Of a DNA stretch of 64,000 nt, positions 30,471-43,030 are shown in pieces. The notes under the pieces were generated by a model. That model saw nothing but the letters and a program-made list of their open reading frames with translations, was not told where the DNA came from and searched no databases. A program made the position numbers and the translations under genes. The number at the start of each line of letters is the position of its first letter. The stretch's first letter is position 1. The DNA comes from the human T2T-CHM13v2.0 reference genome, Homo sapiens. Location: NCBI RefSeq assembly GCF_009914755.1, contig NC_060939.1; one strand, given 5' to 3'.

Positions 30471-30827
30471 TCTAAATGATAGATAACATGAAATTGGATA
30501 GTGGGATAGCATAGTATAATTTCCCAAAAAGCTGAAAAGAGGGTGTGCCTTCCTTTAATTAATTATTGAAGAGTTGCCAGTTATTGTTTTGAGCTGGAGT
30601 CTTAGGATTATGATTGGGGATATTCCTAGAAATGATGATGAATTCTTTCTTCTTCTATAGACCATGCTGCAGAAACATGTAGGGGTAATTCAAGGGAATT
30701 GATTTTGAATGATCACTTTACCCAAAGTCTCTGAAATGTCAGTTTTACAAGAGCAAGCTAAATAACATTTTTTAACATTAAAAGAAGGTAGTCATAGTAT
30801 ACTTGGTTCCAAATTGGCCAACTCTGA

Positions 30828-31156
<329 letters not shown>

Positions 31157-31254
31157 GGGAATTTGCCAACTCTTTATTGCATCTGCAGGGAATTAAAATT
31201 GGAGCACCTTCGCAAGTAGCACCTACACACAGGGTGATGATGATGATGATGATA

Positions 31255-31920
31255 GTGATAAAGGAAAATTTCTTGAACACTTACTATGTACTAGTCACAT
31301 AGCCAAAGCTAAATGATATGCTAAAGGCTTTAACATTTATTCTCTTATTTAATATTCTCAATAACCCTAAGGGGTAGATATTATTATTATTCTCATTTTA
31401 TAGATGAGTAAATTGAGTTTTAGCTAGGCCCCATGGCTTCAAAAAGGTAGATGTGGTATTTACATTCAGATGGCCCTAAAGGCTGTCTACATGCTATTTT
31501 GCATGTAAATTAGAGGAACAGCATTTTAGAGCTGGAAGTGAACATGCCATCCAATGCCTTCCTTTCAAAGATGAGGAAGTGGAAGTGGAATGGTTTGTTC
31601 AAAGTTTCATAACTTATGACAGATCCCAGGGTTCCATGCCTAAAAAGAATGTCCTGTACTGGATCACTGAAAAGGAGTTTCCTTTTTGACCTCATCTTTG
31701 ACGGTGCTTCTTGTCAGCAGCTTTCCAGATCTTTAAGGAGACCCATTTAGCTGTGGATTAATACATCAGCTACAATCTTGGGCTGTTTATTTAACCTCTC
31801 TCTGTCTCACTTTCCTTGTCTGTAAAGTGGAGAGAGCAGCTTCACAGTTGATGTGAGTATATATATACAGTACTTGGCACTGTACAATACAAGCTCTGCC
31901 CAGGTGTAATCTATTATTAT
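31255..31920. mobile_element. Cluster of about three MIR fragments
   Basis: MIR cores at ~31270-31480 (-), ~31520-31640 (-) and ~31760-31920 (+). Confidence 0.6.
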
Positions 31921-32587
31921 AAATGTGTGGACAAGTGGCAATAGAGGTGAGGGAAAAGGATCAGTTCTCTTAAATTATGCAAGTGGCACCCTGGCAGAAT
32001 ATTGAAGCTGGGTGGCCATCAGCCAAGAACTTTTCCTTATGAAGTTTACTCAGCCTCCAGCCTTTGATGCCATTCCTTACCTGTTCCTCCTCTTCAAAGT
32101 ACATTATTATCATTTTCATGACTATTATTATTTTCCTATCTGTCTTTTATAATTGTGCTAGTTATGATGTTATGGTAGGAAGAAGATGTAATTATTTACA
32201 CAGCCCTGCATTTCCCATTATTGACCTTCTAAGAAGGCTGAATTCTAAGAAATAGACTTTGTTTTGCACAGGGGGATAAAATGTGTTATTTGGGCCCCTG
32301 CCATGAGATAATGAGTTTGAGGAGGAAGGAAGGGGTGGGGCTGAATTCTGCCTCCACTCCTGGGGCCAGGTCTCTAGCTCTGGCAGCTCATAGGAAGGGG
32401 CGCTCTTTTCTAATTCATCTGAGAGTTGCCTATGTCCATTGTCATGTCCAGTAGGGTCACCTTTTGTCAATTTGCCCGAAGAGGGTGCTTTTCTTAAATT
32501 CACAAAGTTGAATTACTGCTAGGTGCTAGCAGTAGATTTTTACTCACTTTCTTCATGACTTCATTCACTTAAACCCAAAAGCATTTA

Positions 32588-33181
32588 TTTTATTTTATTT
32601 TTATTATTTATACTTTAAGTTCTAGGGTACATGTGCACAACGTACAGGTTTGTTACATATGTATACATGTGTCATGTTGGTGTGCTGCACCCCTTAACTT
32701 GTCATTTATATTAGGTCTATCTCCTAATGCTATCCCTCCCCCCTCCCCCCACCCCACAACAGGCCCTGGTGTGTGATGTTCCCCTTCCTGTGTCCAAGTG
32801 TTCTCATTGTTCAATTCCCACCTATGAGTGAGAACATGCAGTGTTTCGTTTTCTGTCCTTGCAATAGTTTGCTGAGAATGATGGTTTCCAGCTTCATTCA
32901 TGTCCCTACAAAGGACATGAACTCATCATTTTTATGGCTGCATAGTATTCCATGGTGTATATGTGCCACATTTTCTTAATCCAGTCTATCATTGTTGGAC
33001 ATTTGGGTTGGTTCCAAGTCTTTGCTATTGTGAATAGTGCCGCAATAAACATACGTGTGCATGTGTCTTTATAGCAGCATGATTTATATTCCTTTGGGTA
33101 TATACCCAGTAATGGGATGACTGGGTCAAATGGTATTTCTAGTTCTAGATCCTTGGGGAATCGCCACACTGTCTTCCACAA
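32588..33181 (-). mobile_element. L1PA4-like 3' fragment (~600 bp)
   Basis: L1PA 3'UTR and ORF2 tail (WKTVWRF.KDLELEIPFDP); perfect 19-bp TSD TTAAACCCAAAAGCATTTA at 32569-32587 and 33182-33200. Confidence 0.97.
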
Positions 33182-34925
33182 TTAAACCCAAAAGCATTTA
33201 AATAAGACAAGTTGAGTTTTTGTTTTTTACCACAACTTAAGTTATGATTCTCGTTTCTAAAGGTAAAAGTCTCTTTTCTATCAGAAAAAAAATGAATTCC
33301 TTTTATACTTATCATGTATAATGTATGAGGACTAAAATAGAATCGGTAATCCCACAAGACCAAGAACTGCAAACTATTGGCATTTTCCCACTTAGAGGGA
33401 ATGAAAGTACTGAACGTTTAGGGAGGGTTAAGCCAGTCCCTTCCATGCTTAGTTTGATAAGATGCTTACTAAAGTTCTCTCTACTTTAGCAGGAGAGACA
33501 CCTTGTAGAATACTTTTGTGAACCACAGGTACATCCCCACCATGTGATCTGAGGGCCGAGTGCTACACTACAGGTGCTGGCTCAGCTTGTTGCTGAGCCA
33601 GTAAGATCCATGGAGAGGCAATTAGATAAGAATCATAAGCTGCCCCAGAGAGCACCATGAATTAAACACTAGAGACCCTAAACACAGAAGCTACTTCCAC
33701 TTACCATCTACTTCACTTTTTTCGTCTTTAATTTGGGTTGAAAACTTCTGAAATGTTGTTGGCATTCCTATGGGGCCTTTCAGTTTTCAGATACTCCCTT
33801 TTATCAGAAGTTACTGGCTGTCTACTGTGATAAATAAATAAATAAATAAACTTTTTTTAGTGCTTTCTATGGCAATTAGATATCCCACTTCCAGTGCTTG
33901 CCTTCACTTTTCACTTTCAAAACCCAACAACAGAGAACACTAACAGCCACGCTGGACTTTATATTTTCAAAGTGTTTCACATCTATTTTACCTATTGATT
34001 TTCAAAGAATTTTTGACTTAGGTAGATCGGATATGTTCTCTCTATTTCGAAAGCGAAGTAACATCTCAGTAGTTAACTGACTTGCCCAAGTTCACATAGC
34101 TAGATAATGACAGAGTAGAACTATCTCTCCTGTTGGCTGATTCAGTTCTTTTTACCACCGTATCTATAAGGCAAAGTGGCAAGTGCGAAGAGTTCTGGGG
34201 TTGGAGATTTGTGACCTTGAAAACCACAACTTTACTGTTGTTCCAAATATAAAAACTACAGTTGGAGGTAGGGATGCTGCGTTACTACAGTCCGGTGAGA
34301 TAATTTGATTTTCAGTCCTAACTCAGCACTGTGCCCTTGTTCATGGTACTTAGTATCAATGAGCCTCCATTGTTGTGTCTGTAATACCTTCCTTACTAGC
34401 TAAGGAAAATGAAATAGTGTATGTAAAGGGCCTAGTATATTTTCTGGCATATACTAAATGCTCAGTAAGTGCTCTTTAGGATTAATATTATTCCAGCAGT
34501 CTCTAGTCTTTCTTTTGGAGCACATCTTTCCACAAGCTTACATTCTTGTACTAAGAAAACTTAGGAGACTTTGAATTGGGCAACAACAGAGATTAGTGGG
34601 TGTCCTGTCTAGCTCAACTATCTGGATTACTCTAGCTTTTGGTTGTCTTTGTCAAAGCTTATTTTCCACTCTATAGAGATAGAAGTTAAGTTGTAGAAAA
34701 CCAGTGGTAATGTAAATGTTTCTCGTCTATATGATTCCTGTATATGGCAATGCAAATGGATTTTGTCTGGTAGAAAATATAAATCTCTATCTTCATTTGA
34801 GCAAGTTGTAACATCTTACTAGTTACCTCATTAACTAGCGAGTTAAATAAAATCTTTGACACATGTTCATTCTGTAACTGTGTGAGTCATGGTTACATCC
34901 TCTTTTAAAAATTATCCTTTAATGC

Positions 34926-35032
34926 TTCCCAGTGCCTATCTTCTACTTACCCTACTTCCTTTACTTACTTTGTACAGTGCTTATCTTCTACTTACCTCAG
35001 TTCCCAGTGCCTATCTTCTGCTTACCTTACTG
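34926..35032. repeat. Imperfect tandem repeat CAGTGC(C/T)TATCTTCT(A/G)CTTACC x3
   Basis: Three copies visible directly; each reads GTAAG on the minus strand. Confidence 0.85.
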
Positions 35033-35593
35033 CCATGGCTGCTCCCAGCTGCGCACCCACACACTCAGCCATTCCAGCCCAGTCTCCATATACATCCACT
35101 GGCACTACCCTAGTAGCTGCTATTCAGGCTGTGGGGTTTATTAAAGTAGATCCAATGCAGATAAAAATCACTGGTAACCAAGTTCTGAAACAGAATGGGG
35201 ACTAAAATTTGAAAATCAAATGGACTTGTTTGAATATTTGAAGAGCTTAATTGTTCTGATGCTTGAGGAAGTAAGTCTTAGCGCTTGTGTCAGACACTTG
35301 CCTTGACACTTGAAACGGAATATGTGAAGACCTGTACCTACAGGGAGTATGCATACAGATTCTGAGGGCCTGGCAGAAAGAGGTACTCACTACTCCGCGT
35401 TCTACAGTATAGCTGCCTAAGTAGATTTTAGACTCCTTTCTCCCTTCTCAAAGATACTGCCTCAAGCAAGAAAACAGATTTAATAGACCAATGGAATGAT
35501 TCTAAGCCAGAAAATCTCATGGGTATGGATAGTCTGTGAAACAGAAAAAAAAATGTATTCAAACTTTTTTTCTCCTTGTGTTCTAAGTCATAG

Positions 35594-36259
35594 TGTCAGT
35601 GTCAGAGGCATTTGAACCAGAGCAACTCCATCTTGAACAGGGGCCGGGTAAAATAAGGCTGAGACGTACTGAGCTGCATTCCCAGGAGGTTAGATATTCT
35701 TAGTCAGAGGATGAGATAGGAGGTCGGCACAGGTACAGGTCACAAAGACCTTGCTGATAAAACTGGATGTGGTAAAGAAGCTGGCCAAAACCCACCAAAA
35801 CCAAGATGGCAATGAAAGAGACCTCTGGTCATCCTCACTGTTCATTATACACTAATTATAATACATTAGCGTGTTAAAATACACTCCTACCAGCTCCATG
35901 GCAGTTTACAAATGCCATGGCAATGTCCAAAAGTTACTCCATATAGTCTAAAAAGGGAAGGAACCCTCAGGTCTGGGAAATCCCCTGCCCTTTCCCTGAA
36001 AATTCATGAATAATCCACCCCTTGTTTAGCATATAATCAAGAAATAACTGTAAGTATACTCAGTTGAGTAGCTCAGTTGAGCATACCAGTGCCCTGCCTA
36101 AGGAGTAGCCATTCTTTTATTCCTTTACTTTCTCGCTTTCACTTTACTTTCTTCCTTACTTGCTTTCACTTTACTCTGTGAACTTGCCCCGAATTCTTTA
36201 ATGCGCGAGGTCCAAGAACCCTCTCTCGGGATCTGGATTGGGATCCCTTTCTGGTAAAA
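35594..36259 (+). mobile_element. MER41B solo LTR (ERV1)
   Basis: Starts TGTCAG(TGTCAG)AGGCATTTGAACCAGAGCAACTCCATCTTG and ends ...CCCTTTCTGGTAAAA; 4-bp TSD ATAG at 35590-35593 and 36260-36263. Confidence 0.92.
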
Positions 36260-36584
36260 ATAGTATTGTGCCTGTTTTGTGAAGAGAGAAGGGATCCAGA
36301 AGTGACTGCATAGAAACAGCAGAGAGGACATCCCCACGGTTGAACTTTAAATAAGAGTAAAATGCAAAAGTTAAGTCTCGAAAAATAAAGTGTTTTGCGC
36401 ATGGACTTGATCATAGTTTTTGTTACTATGCCTTGGGTAAAGAGTTTTAAAAGAATTTCCTTTTTGTCAATCTTCCCTAAGATACGGAAATAGAAGTCTT
36501 TAGAGCAGATGCTGTTTTTTTACTACTATCATAAACTAGCAACTGGTTTCAAATATGGTTTTTCCACTTCTGCTGTCTTTACAT

Positions 36585-37545
36585 TGTCATTCACTTGTTT
36601 ACTCAACTTTTAACAAACCTTTACAAAATGCCTATTCTGTACCAGCTACTATGCTTGACACTAGGAATAAAGATATAAAAATCACTTTTTCTGCTCTCAA
36701 GGAACACGGTCTATCAGGATGGACAAACTAGTAAACACAAATTATAATATGGTAAAATATGTGCTATGCTACTTCAAAAACAAAGTGCTATGAAAGTATG
36801 CAGAACAAAGACAAAGAAGTCAGGGAATGCTTCCCAGAGCAGGTGATGTATGATGTCCACACACTGAAAAACACTGGGTGGTGCTGGATACCCAAATGGG
36901 GGGCTTAAACTAAGAGACTTGTGGAGATTTTATTAAAAAGTGGACAGATTTAAGATATACTACAGAGGTAGACTGGATCAGAAGCATCCTCACACTGGAT
37001 GTGTGGTTGAGGAAGAGGATGGTGTCCAGGATGACTGTTGGAAATCTGCCTGGTGCAGCTGCATATCCAGATTGTCAGTTACCAAGATAAAGAAAGCCGA
37101 GGGAGGATGAGTTTGTACAGGGTGCAGGGTGGAAATCAGTTTAGTTCGAATGTGCTGAGTCTGAGGTGCTAATGAGACAGACAGGTGGAGGAGGTGAGTA
37201 GCCTGTTTGAATATGCACATATTAATTTAAAGTAGAGGGCTTAGGTTGCAATGAAGAATTGGGTGTCATCAGCCTCAGAGTGATTGGATGAAATCACCTA
37301 GGGAAAGATTAAACGGAGAGAAGAGCAAAGCACCTAGGACTGATCATATCATAAGGAACTTTGGGATGATATGTTGAGTCTACAGTGTAAGCCAAGAAGG
37401 AGTGGCCAGTGAGGTAAGTGGAAATCCGGGAAAGTATACTGTCATGAAACCTAAGACAAAGACATTTTCAAGAAGGAAGATGCTAAGAGTTTAGGTAAGA
37501 TGGGAGGTAGAGAATTAATCATTGGCTTTGGCAACATTAAGTTTA
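36585..37545 (-). mobile_element. L2 LINE
   Basis: Antisense L2 3' end 'cattcacttgtttactcaac...gcctattctgtaccagctactatgc' followed by purine-rich body. Confidence 0.75.
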
Positions 37546-37549
37546 CTGG

Positions 37550-38096
37550 TATATTAACCAGGGGTCTCCAGGAAAATGGAACCAACAGTATGTATAAATA
37601 TATACAGAGAATCCAAAGGTGTAGGAGAAATTGCCTAAATAAAATAAATATACATAAGAATCTCCATAGAGAGATTAATTTTAAGAAGTTGACTCATGCA
37701 ATTGTGGAGGCTGGCAAGCTCAAAATCTGCAGGGCAGGCCAGCAGGCTGGAGACCCAGGGAAGAGTTGCAGTTTGAGTCTAAAGGCAGTCTGCTGGCAGA
37801 ATTTCTTCTTCTTACAGGGAGGTGAGTCTCTTTCTATTAAGGCCTTCAACTGACTGGATGAGGCCACCCACACTATAGAGAGCAGTCTGCTTAACTCGAA
37901 GTTTACTTACTGATTCAAATGTTAATTTTATCTAAAAAATACCTTCACATTCTGCAAGAGCTGGACTTAAAAAAAAAAAAGGTAAAACAACAAAAATAAA
38001 TAAATAAATACCTTCACAGAAGCATTTAAAATGACATTTGACCAAAATCAGGGTACTATGGCCTTGCCAAATTGACACATAAAATTAACCATCACA
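37550..38096 (-). mobile_element. MLT2D-like solo LTR (ERVL)
   Basis: 'tctgcagggcaggccagcaggctggagacccagggaagagttg...taaggccttcaactga.tggatgaggcc...ttgacacataaaattaaccatcaca'. Confidence 0.88.
37950..38005 (+). mobile_element. Tiny poly-A-tailed TPRT insertion (19-nt body) inside MLT2D
   Basis: TSD AAATACCTTCACA at 37937-37949 and 38006-38018 around TTCTGCAAGAGCTGGACTT plus an A-rich tail. Confidence 0.8.
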
Positions 38097-38197
38097 GTTG
38101 GTAAGCTCATCAAGAGGCCTTTCTGTTGATGGTGGAGGCAAGAACCAGATTGTAATGGATTGAAGTGCTAAGGGGAAGTAAGGAAGTATTGTGGACT

Positions 38198-38484
38198 CAT
38201 CATTCTCAAACTTGGCTGAATTTAAGAATACCTGGGAAGTCTGTAAGAATCTCAATAACCAGGCATCACCCCATATCAATTACATAGGAATCTCCATAGA
38301 TGGGTCTCAGGCATCAGTGTGCCAAACCTGAGAAGCACTAATATAAATCAGGGCTTCTCAAACTTTAAAGCACATATACATTTTCTAGTAGGTCTGAAGT
38401 GGGGCCTGAGATCCTGCATTTCTAACTAGAGCTCCCACTAATGCCAGTGCTGCTGATCCATAGGCTGCACTTTGAGTAGTGAGG
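38198..38484. mobile_element. Two adjacent MER5A/MER5A1-type MITEs
   Basis: 'ttctcaaactt' starts near 38202 and 38356; 'gtaggtctg.agtggggcctgagat.ctgcatttctaac'. Confidence 0.75.
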
Positions 38485-38599
38485 ATACAGATGACTCTTT
38501 TCAGTAAATTTGAATGAAAGGCATAGTGAAATAGAGGAGTAGCTTGAGGGAAGTATTAAGTCAAGGAAGGATTATTACTGTTGTTGTTGTTGCTATTTG

Positions 38600-39260
38600 A
38601 AAAGTATATTTGTACAGTAGTGGGAGTGGTGGAGGGAAGATAAAGAGAGGTTAACAATGTGAGAGAGATGGGAACACTAAAAAAGACAAGTTCTTGAGGG
38701 GGCAAGAAGAGCAGGATCCTGAGTACAGGTAGAGTCCCAACAGACAAGGAACCAGCTTGCTGGGAAGGAAGGAGGAGGAAGCATGTGCACAGGTCCAAAG
38801 GAAGAGGTATAGGAGAAATTGCCTGCCAGTGAACTGCAAGTGTTCTGCATGGTAAAAGCATAGAAACCATTTGGAGGACTGGAGTGAGAAGAAAGTGGAG
38901 AAGACAGAGGCCAAATCATAGAAGGCCCCGTGAGCCATACCAGGAGCTAGGCTTTTTCCCCAAAGGTACTGGGGAGCGGTTGAAGAGTTATCACATGGAC
39001 TTTAGGATCAGATTTGCATTTCATTCTGAGATGTGCATTTTATTCAAAGAACGGAGGATGCACTAGGGAAAGAAGTATGATCATGCAAACAACAGAATCA
39101 TTTAAGATATTGTTACAATAATCCATTTGAGAAATATCACCTCCAAAAATGCACAAAAGTATGATGGCTAAGATGAAGAATTAAAAAAAAAAGATTTGGA
39201 GTGATGTTTTTGAGAGACATTAATATGAGTGGGTTGGAGAAACAGCTGAGCAGAGAGGCC
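38600..39260 (-). mobile_element. L2 fragment
   Basis: 'gcatgtgcacaggtcc...ggccaaatcatagaaggcccc...atcagatttgcattt'. Confidence 0.6.
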
Positions 39261-39309
39261 ACTGGAGAACCAATGGTGATGGAGAACAAAGACATTCAGA
39301 AGCTAAATG

Positions 39310-39313
<4 letters not shown>

Positions 39314-39352
<39 letters not shown>
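39314..39352. repeat. (AG)n microsatellite
   Basis: About 19 AG units. Confidence 0.97.
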
Positions 39353-39355
<3 letters not shown>

Positions 39356-39729
39356 TAATAGAGCAGAAAACTTGAGATGTATAAATAAAGAGCATGGAAC
39401 ATAGAGAAGGTGAGGCACAAACATGAAGGACTGAAGAGGCATTGGGAGCCTCCCTCCAGTGGGCCTCCTCCACTTTGGTGACTCTGGAGAGGGTTGGTAA
39501 TGTGAGCATTTCCAGTGAAATATAGACCTGGTAGACATGAGCCTGGGACCCAGGAATCCCCTGAAGAGGGCCATGGCCTGGCAGCAAGGAGATAAGAGGT
39601 CATTGAAATGGGACTGAATGAATTCTTGCTCACTCCTAAGATGCAGCACCTGCAGGTTGGCTTTAGGAAAGCTGGCAGGCTGAGCACAGTAGCAAAACCA
39701 ACTTCACCTCTCCTGTATCACGACTGATT

Positions 39730-39915
39730 AAGTGTCAGGTTTTGCAGCCAGAGAGATCCGGGTTCAGATTCCAGCTTTGCCAGTCTCAGCATTTTTAGCT
39801 ATAAAACAGGAATAATGATACGCCCTTCATTGTGAGGATTATATGAGATAAAGCATGTTAAGTTTGTAGTACAGTGCCTATATAGTAGCAAACATTCAAT
39901 CTATAGTACCTGCTA
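39730..39915 (+). mobile_element. MIR
   Basis: 'gggttcagattccagctttgcca...ttgtgaggattatatgagataaagcatgt...acagtgcct'. Confidence 0.75.
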
Positions 39916-40412
39916 ACAAAAGCATGGCAGTGTAGTTGTCTTCCAACTCAAGAGGCAAAAATCAGTAACTATGGGTTAGGTAAATCGCTTTTTTGGATTA
40001 GAATTGTCTGCCTAACACTAGATAGTCGCATCAAAGAATAACTCAGAAACATTTAGTTAGTTCTCCACATGTGAAGGAGATAGCCATTAGGCTGTTTTCA
40101 AGGAATACAGACAAAACAGAGAGGATAGGAAGAGTAAACAGACAAAGAAAAAACCTGCAGAGAATCTAGGAACAGTGGATGTTGATGTGGCAACAAAGGA
40201 AGAGTTGCCATTCTGATCTTTTCTCAAGAAAGTACTTACTATGGAACTGCATCAAGTTCACTTAGGTGACAGCCTCCTAATTGTGTCCCTAGAATCTACA
40301 TTAGCTTTTAAGCTGAAGTCTTACTTTTCCTGAGCAGCCCCTGATCAAAGACTGAGCACAGAGGGGGTTATTAGGACCTAGTCATTTCTGCTCAACATGA
40401 GACTCCACTAAC

Positions 40413-43030
40413 TAACATCAATTTTACACAATTTCTCCCAGGAAATAGAATAAGAGGGAAAATTCCCAATTCATTTATAATAAGGCCAGCATTACCCTTA
40501 TATCAAAACCAGAAAAAGACAGTAAAAAAAAATTACAGACCAATGTCTTTCATAAACTTAGACACAAAATCTTCAACAAAATAATTGTAAACCAAATCAA
40601 GCAGTGTATAAAAAGAATTATACACTATGACTAAGCGGGATTTATTTTAGGTGTGCAAGGCTGGTTCAATATCCAAAATCAATGTGAATTGTACACTTAA
40701 AAATGACTAAAATGATAAATTTTATTTTGTGCATATTTTATTACAATATAAAAAAGATGATTTAATTGTCTAAATACAAAATCACAAAGAATCTATAAGA
40801 AAACTATAATAAGTGAGCTCATCAAGTTCTCAGGGTCAGGATAAAAAATCAATTGCATTTTTATATTTTAACAATGGACATAATGGAACCAAAATTTAAA
40901 ACACAATACCAATTCCAGTCTCTGTAAACAAAATTAAATATTTAGATATATACTTAAAACAAATGCAGGATTTGGAAATTACAAAATGCTGATCAAAGAA
41001 ATCAGAGAAGACTAAAATAAGTAGAAATACATACCATGTTCATGGTTTGGAAGACTCAGTATAGCAAAGATGTCAATTCTCCCCAAATTGATCTATAAGT
41101 GTAATGCAGTTCCTGTCTAAATCTCAGCAAGATTTTACATAGATATAGACAAGCTTATTTTAAAATTTATATGGAAAGGCACAGGCCTAAGAATAGTTAA
41201 AACAGTCTTGATAAAAAGAATCACTTGGGAGGAGTCATTTTAACAATATTAGGACTTACTTACAGCTGTAGTAATCAAGAAAGTGTGGTACTGGTGATGG
41301 GATAGACATCTAGGTCAATGGTAAGGAATAGAAAACCCTTACATAGGCCCACACAAATATGCTCAATTGATTTTTGACAAAGGTGCTAAAGTAATCCAAT
41401 GGAGAAAGGGTGGCCTTTTCAATAAATAGTGCTGAAGTAATTGAATATCTATATGTAAAAAAAAACCTCTACCTAAATCTCACACTTACACAGAAAATTA
41501 ACTCCAAATGAATCACAGAATTAAATGTAACATGTAAAAATATAAATTTTTAGAATAAAACAGGAGAAAATCTTCAGCGTCTAGGGCTAGGCACCAAAAG
41601 CACAATCTGTAAAGGGAAAAATTGAAAAATTGAACCTCATCACATTTAAAAACGTTTGCTCTCCAAAAGCTCATATGAAGAGGATGAAATGACAAGCTAC
41701 AGATTAGGAGAAAATGTTTGTAGCCAATATGTCCAACAAAGGGCTAGTATCTGAAATATACTGAGAACTCTTAAAACTCAAGGGGGGAAATACAAATAAT
41801 CATATTACAAAATGGGCAAAAGACATAAATCTAATGAATAGATATCAATGCATTAAAATTGATATACAGATGGAAAATAAACACATGAAAAAATGTTCAA
41901 CATTATTAGCTACTATGGAAATGCAAATTAAACCACAATAATATATAACTACATGTCTATTAGAATGGCTAAAATTTTTTTTAAAAAGCGATAACTCCAA
42001 ATACTGGCGAGGATGCAGAATAACTGCATTACTCATACATTGCTGGTGAGAATGTAAAATTGTACAACCATTCTGAAAAGCAATTTGAAATTTTCTCAAA
42101 AAGACTGAACATATGATTGCCATATGACCTAACAGTTACACTCTTGAGCATTTAGTGCAAAGAAATACAAATTTATGTCTGCACCAAAACCCGTACATAA
42201 TGTTCACAGCAGTTTTATTTTATTTCATTTTTTTATTATACTTTAAGTTCTAGGGTATATATGCACAACATGCAGGTTTGTTACGTAGGATACATGTGCC
42301 ATGTTGGTGTGCTGCACCCATCAACTCATCATTTACATTGGGTATATCTCCTAATGCTTTCCCTCCCCCCTCCCCCCAAGCAGTTTGATTTGTAATAGCT
42401 AAAAAGTAGAATCAGCCCTGAAGTCTTTCAACCAGTGAATGCTTAAGCAAATTGTGATACGCACATACCATGGAATATTACAAAACAATAAAAAGGAGCA
42501 AACTATTGATACACACAGCAACTGGATGAATCTCCAGGGAATTATACTGAGTAGAAAAAAAAATCAAATCCTAAAAGGTTAAATACTGTATGATTCCATT
42601 TGCAGAACATTTTTGAAATAAAATAATTTGAGAAATGAACAGATTAATGATTGCCAGGGATTAGGGATGGGGTATGGCTTTAAGAGGGAAGTGGGTGGGG
42701 TTATAAAAAGCAACAGAAGAATCACAGCTGGATTTAAACTGCTCAGTGTCTTGACTGGTGGTGGATGCATGAATCTACACAGATGATAAAATTGAGTAGA
42801 ATTTAATACACATATACACATGCCAATGAGGACAAGTAAAACTGGGGAAATCTGAATAAAATGACTGGATTGCACCAAGGTTTCTATCCTGAATGTGATA
42901 TTATATCACAGTTTTGTAAAATGTTATCATTGGGATAAGTGGGTAATGTACACAAGGGATATTTCTGCATTATTTCTTACAACTGCATGAGCGTCTACAG
43001 TTATCCTCACAAAAATTTCAACTACAATAA
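40413..43030 (+). mobile_element. L1MD/MC-like element (decayed ORF2 and 3'UTR)
   Basis: ORF2-like 'gcaaggctggttcaatatcc' and 'gatgtcaattctccccaaattgatctata'; 3' end 'ttatttcttacaactgcatg...tctaca.ttatc'. Confidence 0.85.
42221..42378 (-). mobile_element. L1PA5-like extreme 3' fragment nested in L1M
   Basis: 'tatactttaagttctagggta...ctcctaatgct.tccctcccccctcccccc'; TSD AGCAGTTT(T/G)ATTT. Confidence 0.9.

Noticed and set aside
39201-39687. 155-aa ORF and overlapping ORFs
   Set aside because: Kept open by the (AG)n microsatellite; no splice or homology support.
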